From: an uncultured Poribacteria bacterium
GTDB taxonomy: Bacteria; Poribacteria; WGA-4E; WGA-3G
Assembly: GCA_958296135.2 (NCBI GenBank)
Contig: CATQHZ020000001.1
Coordinates: 608,001 to 672,000 of the forward strand
Direction of reading: 5' to 3'
DNA: 64,000 bases
Below are positions 59,588 through 64,000 of this stretch, in pieces; position 1 is the stretch's first letter; every line of letters begins with the position of its first letter. The notes under the pieces are model-generated. The model was not told the DNA's origin, searched no databases, and was given only the letters and a program-made list of their open reading frames with translations. A program made the position numbers and the translations under genes.

Positions 59588-59640
59588 AAAGCCGCGGGGG
59601 TGTTCTTCGTTTTCATGAGGGAACCCTTGCGGCTTTTTTG
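59588..59640 (+). terminator. Probable intrinsic terminator
   Basis: AAAGCCGCGGGGG...CCCTTGCGGCTTTTTT stem followed by a T-run. Confidence 0.65.
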
Positions 59641-59738
59641 TTTTGGAAAATAGTGCTGCAATATGCTAATATATTTGATAATGCGCGTTGTGCCATTTGG
59701 GGTGCAACACATTTTTGTCCCTAGTCAGGAGCATCGTC

Positions 59739-60791
59739 ATGTTAATCCGAACCAGAGCCCCGGTCCGCATCGACTTCGCGGGGGGATGGAGCGATGTGGC
59801 CCTCTTTACTGAAGCGTCTAAGGGGCTCGTCGTCAACGGGGCCATTAACCGGTACGCTTACGCCACGCTCGTCTGTGCCAGCCAAGCGCAGCATCCGGAC
59901 TCGGTTGAGCTCCAGCGTATCCTCGATAAAAGCATTCGCATCTATTCCGCCGATTTTGATACCTTCATCGAGGCGGAAGATGTGCGCCAATTGGAATACG
60001 ATGGCAACATCGATCTTGTGAAAGCGGCGGTGCGGCAGATGTCCATCCAAATCGGTGGCTTCGATTTAATTACGCAGTCCACGGTGCCGCCGGGTAGTGG
60101 GCTCGGCACCTCCGCGGCGATGGGTGTCGCGCTCATCGGTGTGCTTGGCGCGCTGAAGGACGTAACCTACCTCCCGTATCAGTATGCCGAACTCGCCAGC
60201 ACCATCGAACGGCATCAGCTCGGCATCCTCGGCGGCAAGCAGGACCATTATGCCAGTGCCATCGGCGGTATCAACTTCATGGAGTTTCGGGGTGAAGAGG
60301 TGAAAACGTCATCTTTAAGAATCCCGCCGCACATCCGTTATGAATTGGAAAAGAATCTCGTGCTGTGCTACACCGGGCAATCGCGGCTCTCTGGGAATAT
60401 CCATCAGAACGTAACACACGCCTATAAAAGCGGCGAACCGAGCATTCGGGAGGCGTTGGAGAACCTGAAATCCATCGCTGAAGCGACGAAAACCGCGCTG
60501 ATTCGTGGCCGTTTAGCAGACTTCGGCGAGCTGCTGACAGAAAATTGGCACAATCAGAAAAAACTGCATGCCTCTGTCACGAGCGAACAAATAGATGCAC
60601 TCTTTCAGATTGCGCGGGCGCACGGCGCGATTGGCGGAAAAGCGTGCGGGGCAGGCGGTGGCGGATGTATCCTTTTTTACTGCCAGCCGACGCGCGAGCA
60701 TAGTGTGCGGCAGAAACTTGAAGAAGCCGGCACCCGAATTATTGACTTTAACTTTGATGCTGACGGCATCCAGATGTGGCACGCCGAGTGA
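59739..60791 (+). CDS. GHMP sugar kinase (HddA/heptose-7-phosphate kinase-like)
   Basis: APVRIDFAGGWSD, PPGSGLGTS, GGKQDHY, GAGGGG. Confidence 0.88.
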   Translation: MLIRTRAPVRIDFAGGWSDVALFTEASKGLVVNGAINRYAYATLVCASQAQHPDSVELQRILDKSIRIYSADFDTFIEAEDVRQLEYDGNIDLVKAAVRQMSIQIGGFDLITQSTVPPGSGLGTSAAMGVALIGVLGALKDVTYLPYQYAELASTIERHQLGILGGKQDHYASAIGGINFMEFRGEEVKTSSLRIPPHIRYELEKNLVLCYTGQSRLSGNIHQNVTHAYKSGEPSIREALENLKSIAEATKTALIRGRLADFGELLTENWHNQKKLHASVTSEQIDALFQIARAHGAIGGKACGAGGGGCILFYCQPTREHSVRQKLEEAGTRIIDFNFDADGIQMWHAE

Positions 60792-60882
60792 TGCGTCAAC
60801 CTTATCCAAGGGACCGCCGCGCAGCCGATACTCAAAGGCGTTCTCCCTGCCAAGACAAACCGAGGAAAAAATAAGGAACGAC

Positions 60883-61896
60883 ATGTCAACGACACCAACC
60901 CAGACTGCTCTTGAAGCCGCCCAGTTTCTCAAAACGGCGCGAGAAAACATTTTAACCGAGCTCAAAAAGCGCATCATCGGGCAGAGCGATGTCATCGATC
61001 AGCTCCTCATCGCGCTCTTTTCCCAAGGGCATTGCCTGCTTGTCGGCGTGCCGGGGCTGGCGAAGACGCTGCTCATCAGCACCTTCGCGGACATCCTCGA
61101 TTTGCCGTTCAACCGCATTCAGTTCACACCCGATTTGATGCCCTCCGACATCATCGGCACCGATATTATTGAGGAAGAGGTGGACACGGGCAAACGCGCC
61201 TTCCGCTTTATCAAGGGCCCTGTTTTTGCCAACATCGTCCTTGCCGATGAGATTAACCGTACGCCGCCGAAAACACAAGCCGCACTGCTACAAGCGATGC
61301 AAGAATACAAAGTCACGGCTGGCGGCAATACCTATGGATTGGAACTGCCGTTCTTCGTGTTAGCCACGCAAAACCCGATTGAGCAGGAAGGCACCTACCC
61401 ACTCCCCGAAGCGCAACTTGACCGGTTTATGTTCAACATCTACATCGACTATCCCGACAAGGCGGAAGAAAAAGAGATTGTGATGACAACCACCTCCGCT
61501 TACGAGGCAAACGTCCAACCCGTGCTCTCAGGAGCGGACGTATTGCGGTTGCAACAGATAGTCCGGAAGGTGCCGATTGCCGAAGCAATGGTGGATTACG
61601 CCGTGGAATTGAGCCTGAATACGCGCCCGACGCAGCCCGATGCACCCGATTTTATTAAAGACTGGGTGAATTGGGGGGCGGGCCCTCGCGCATCGCAGTA
61701 TCTCGTGCTCGGTGCAAAAGCGCGCGCGATTATGCATGGCCGCTATCATGTCGCGTATGAAGACATCAAAGCGGTAGCGAAGCCGGTCTTCCGTCATCGA
61801 ATCCTGACGAACTTCAACGCCGAAGCAGATGGAATTACGAGTCTGGATATTATTGACAGGTTGTTGGAGCAGGTCCGGCCCCCGGAGGTGACATAG
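60883..61896 (+). CDS. MoxR family AAA+ ATPase
   Basis: GVPGLAKT, RIQFTPDLMPSD, DEINR, ATQNPIEQEGTYPLPEAQLDRF. Confidence 0.95.
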   Translation: MSTTPTQTALEAAQFLKTARENILTELKKRIIGQSDVIDQLLIALFSQGHCLLVGVPGLAKTLLISTFADILDLPFNRIQFTPDLMPSDIIGTDIIEEEVDTGKRAFRFIKGPVFANIVLADEINRTPPKTQAALLQAMQEYKVTAGGNTYGLELPFFVLATQNPIEQEGTYPLPEAQLDRFMFNIYIDYPDKAEEKEIVMTTTSAYEANVQPVLSGADVLRLQQIVRKVPIAEAMVDYAVELSLNTRPTQPDAPDFIKDWVNWGAGPRASQYLVLGAKARAIMHGRYHVAYEDIKAVAKPVFRHRILTNFNAEADGITSLDIIDRLLEQVRPPEVT

Positions 61897-61951
61897 TGGG
61901 ACAAACCCCGGAGGCGCAGTTTGCAACCGCGCACGGAATAGGAGACACAAC

Positions 61952-63432
61952 ATGAGAAATGCCCTCTACTTCGGCGATAACCTCCAGGTGATGCGCGAGA
62001 TGCAAACCGCACGCTACCACACCTGCTATCTCGATCCGCCGTTCAACAGCGGCCGCAAGTACAACATCTTCCTCGCCGCGTCTAAAGCGCACCGCAAGGC
62101 GTTTGACGACATCTGGCGGTGGGATGACGCGGCGCGCGAGAATCAAGACGCTGTCCTTTACTACGATGGACGGCACCCCGAACTGGTTGAAACGATGGGC
62201 AATGTATCAGGTTGTTTATCAGGATTTAACTATTGGTTAAGAAGGGGGGGGGTAAAGCAGAAGAATCGATGCGCGCCTATTTGGCATTCATGGCCCCGCG
62301 GTTGGCAGAGATTTGGCGGTTGCTGACACCGACGGGGAGCGTCTTTCTACACTGTGACCCGCACGCGAGCCACTATCTGAAGTGCATGATGGATGCGATT
62401 TTTGGCGCGTCGAATTTCAGGAACGAGATTGTCTGGTGCTACACCGGCCCAGGTTCTCCGAAGATGCGTCAGTTCAACCGCAAGCACGATACCATCCTCT
62501 GGTATTCCAAGGGCAAAACGTGGACGTTCAATAGAGACGATGTGCGTCTTCCCTACAAAGATCCGAACCAAACTCTACGCCGGGCTATGGATAGCGGCCG
62601 AGGGCTCGGTCAGGAACAGGTTCAACAGTATAGAGAACGCGGCAAAGTCCCTGAAACGTGGTGGACAGATATCGCAGTAGCTGTTCGCTCTTCAAGGGAA
62701 CGCCTCGGCTACCCGACACAGAAACCGCTGAAATTGTTGGAGCGTATCATCAAAGCCGCTTCCAATCCGGGCGACATCGTGTTCGATCCGTTTTGTGGGT
62801 GCGGCACGGCGTTAGATGCGGCGCATGGCCTCAACCGGCACTGGGTAGGCATCGATCTGACGGTGCTCGCTTTGGAACCGATGGAGCGGCGGCTTCGCGA
62901 ACGTCACGGACTTGTTCCTAAAGTGGATTACGACATTGCAGGATATCCGACAACGTATCAGGATGCCATGCTGCTCGCTGAACAGAACCCACACGACTTT
63001 GCAAATTGGGCCGTCACCCGATTGGGACTTGCGCCGACGGCGAACAGCAACGATGGCGGGTTCGATGGCACGGGGAAGGTGCTGCTTTGGGAAAACAGCA
63101 GCGCGGCGACGCAGCTGCCAGTCATTGCGGAGGTAAAATCGGGGAGGAGTCTGTCCCCCAATCAGGTGCGCGCGTTCCGCACGGCGATGCAGGATACGAA
63201 CGCCGCCATCGGCATTTTCATTACGTTGCACCCTGTCACGCGCGGGATGCGGCATCTCGCCGAGGCAGCAGGTGCAATTGAGCATAACGGGCGACGGTAT
63301 CCTCGGTTGCAATTTTGGCAGTTAACGGATGCGTATTTTGAGGCGGGCCTCATCCCCGTGAATTTGCCGTGGCAAGTAGATGAGCGTCCAAAGGCGGTGC
63401 GGCATTATGGCGGGGAGCAGACCTATTTTTAA
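61952..63432 (+). pseudogene. DNA methyltransferase-Mrr fusion, frameshifted at a G9 tract (62244-62252)
   Basis: The 5' ORF has LYFGDNL and DPPF; the 3' ORF has MRAYLAFM, DPFCGCGT and DGGFDG...AEVKSG. Together they are collinear with the intact paralogue at 2421-4136. Confidence 0.85.
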
Positions 63433-63493
63433 CAGGCATCGCGCGGGCACGATGCCTGAAAATGAGCCGCTTACCAAAATGGCGAAATGGGCA

Positions 63494-64000
63494 TCAGCGT
63501 CCAAGGTTCATTTCGTAGCGAAAAGTGATGCCGGGCAGACTCAGCATCTCATCCAAATTCGGCATCTGTTCGATTCCCAAGAGTTGCTCCAGCAACGAGG
63601 GCTTTTCCTCTTTGCGCACGATTCTGGGCTTTCCGTCAATGCCAGCAAATTCTGCGGCGAGTTCGATGGCATCAGGAAGGTTGCCGAGTTTGTCCAAGAG
63701 TTTCAAATCCAGTGCCTGCTTACCGGAGAAAATGCGTCCATCAGCGAGGGTGACGACTTCATCTCGCGTGAAATGCTCGCCTCGTGCGGTGAAGATGGTG
63801 TCAACAAACTGATTGTAGACATCGTCCACTGTGCCTTGCAGCACCGCCCGCTCCGCCGCCGTCATTTCGCGGAAGGGGGAACCGGTGTCCTTAAACGTGC
63901 TGCTCTTAATGACTTCGTGTTCCAACCCGATTTTGTCGTATAACCCCTTCAGTCGGGTGAACTGCATGATAACGCCGATACTGCCGGTGAGTGTGCCGGG
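63494..64000 (-). CDS. sppA: Signal peptide peptidase SppA, 3' part
   Basis: PGTLTGSIGVIMQ, IKSSTFKDTGSPFR, ADGRIFSGKQA. Confidence 0.9.
   Translation of the reverse strand, partial: PGTLTGSIGVIMQFTRLKGLYDKIGLEHEVIKSSTFKDTGSPFREMTAAERAVLQGTVDDVYNQFVDTIFTARGEHFTRDEVVTLADGRIFSGKQALDLKLLDKLGNLPDAIELAAEFAGIDGKPRIVRKEEKPSLLEQLLGIEQMPNLDEMLSLPGITFRYEMNLGR

Overview
A 64-kb, GC-rich bacterial chromosomal segment. The gene content (several signal-peptide LamG/CBM proteins ending in a shared 'AV-x3-KLAxTWxxLK' tail, two PhyH dioxygenases, sulfatase and FGE-domain proteins, dense palindromic intergenic repeats) resembles Candidatus Poribacteria; this is inference only. Housekeeping genes include comM/yifB, serA, asd, mtnK, udk, smpB with tmRNA, HU, a DnaJ-class chaperone, Hsp20, an aquaporin, a peptide ABC transporter, flotillin with YqiJ, MoxR and sppA. 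The main finding is a 693-aa in-frame fusion of a full DNA sliding clamp (DnaN) to a tail-less FtsZ GTPase core (14925-17006). It sits behind a consensus sigma-54 promoter in a same-strand cluster with two sensor-less sigma-54 activators. Other points of interest: (1) a 99-nt leader present twice, 19 kb apart, with a hairpin showing three compensatory base-pair changes; (2) a methyltransferase-Mrr gene split at a G9 tract; (3) a promoter segment replaced by a copy of the gene's own coding sequence; (4) REP-like repeats that either truncate genes or are translated in frame. No CRISPR array, integrase, transposase, rRNA or tRNA was recognised.
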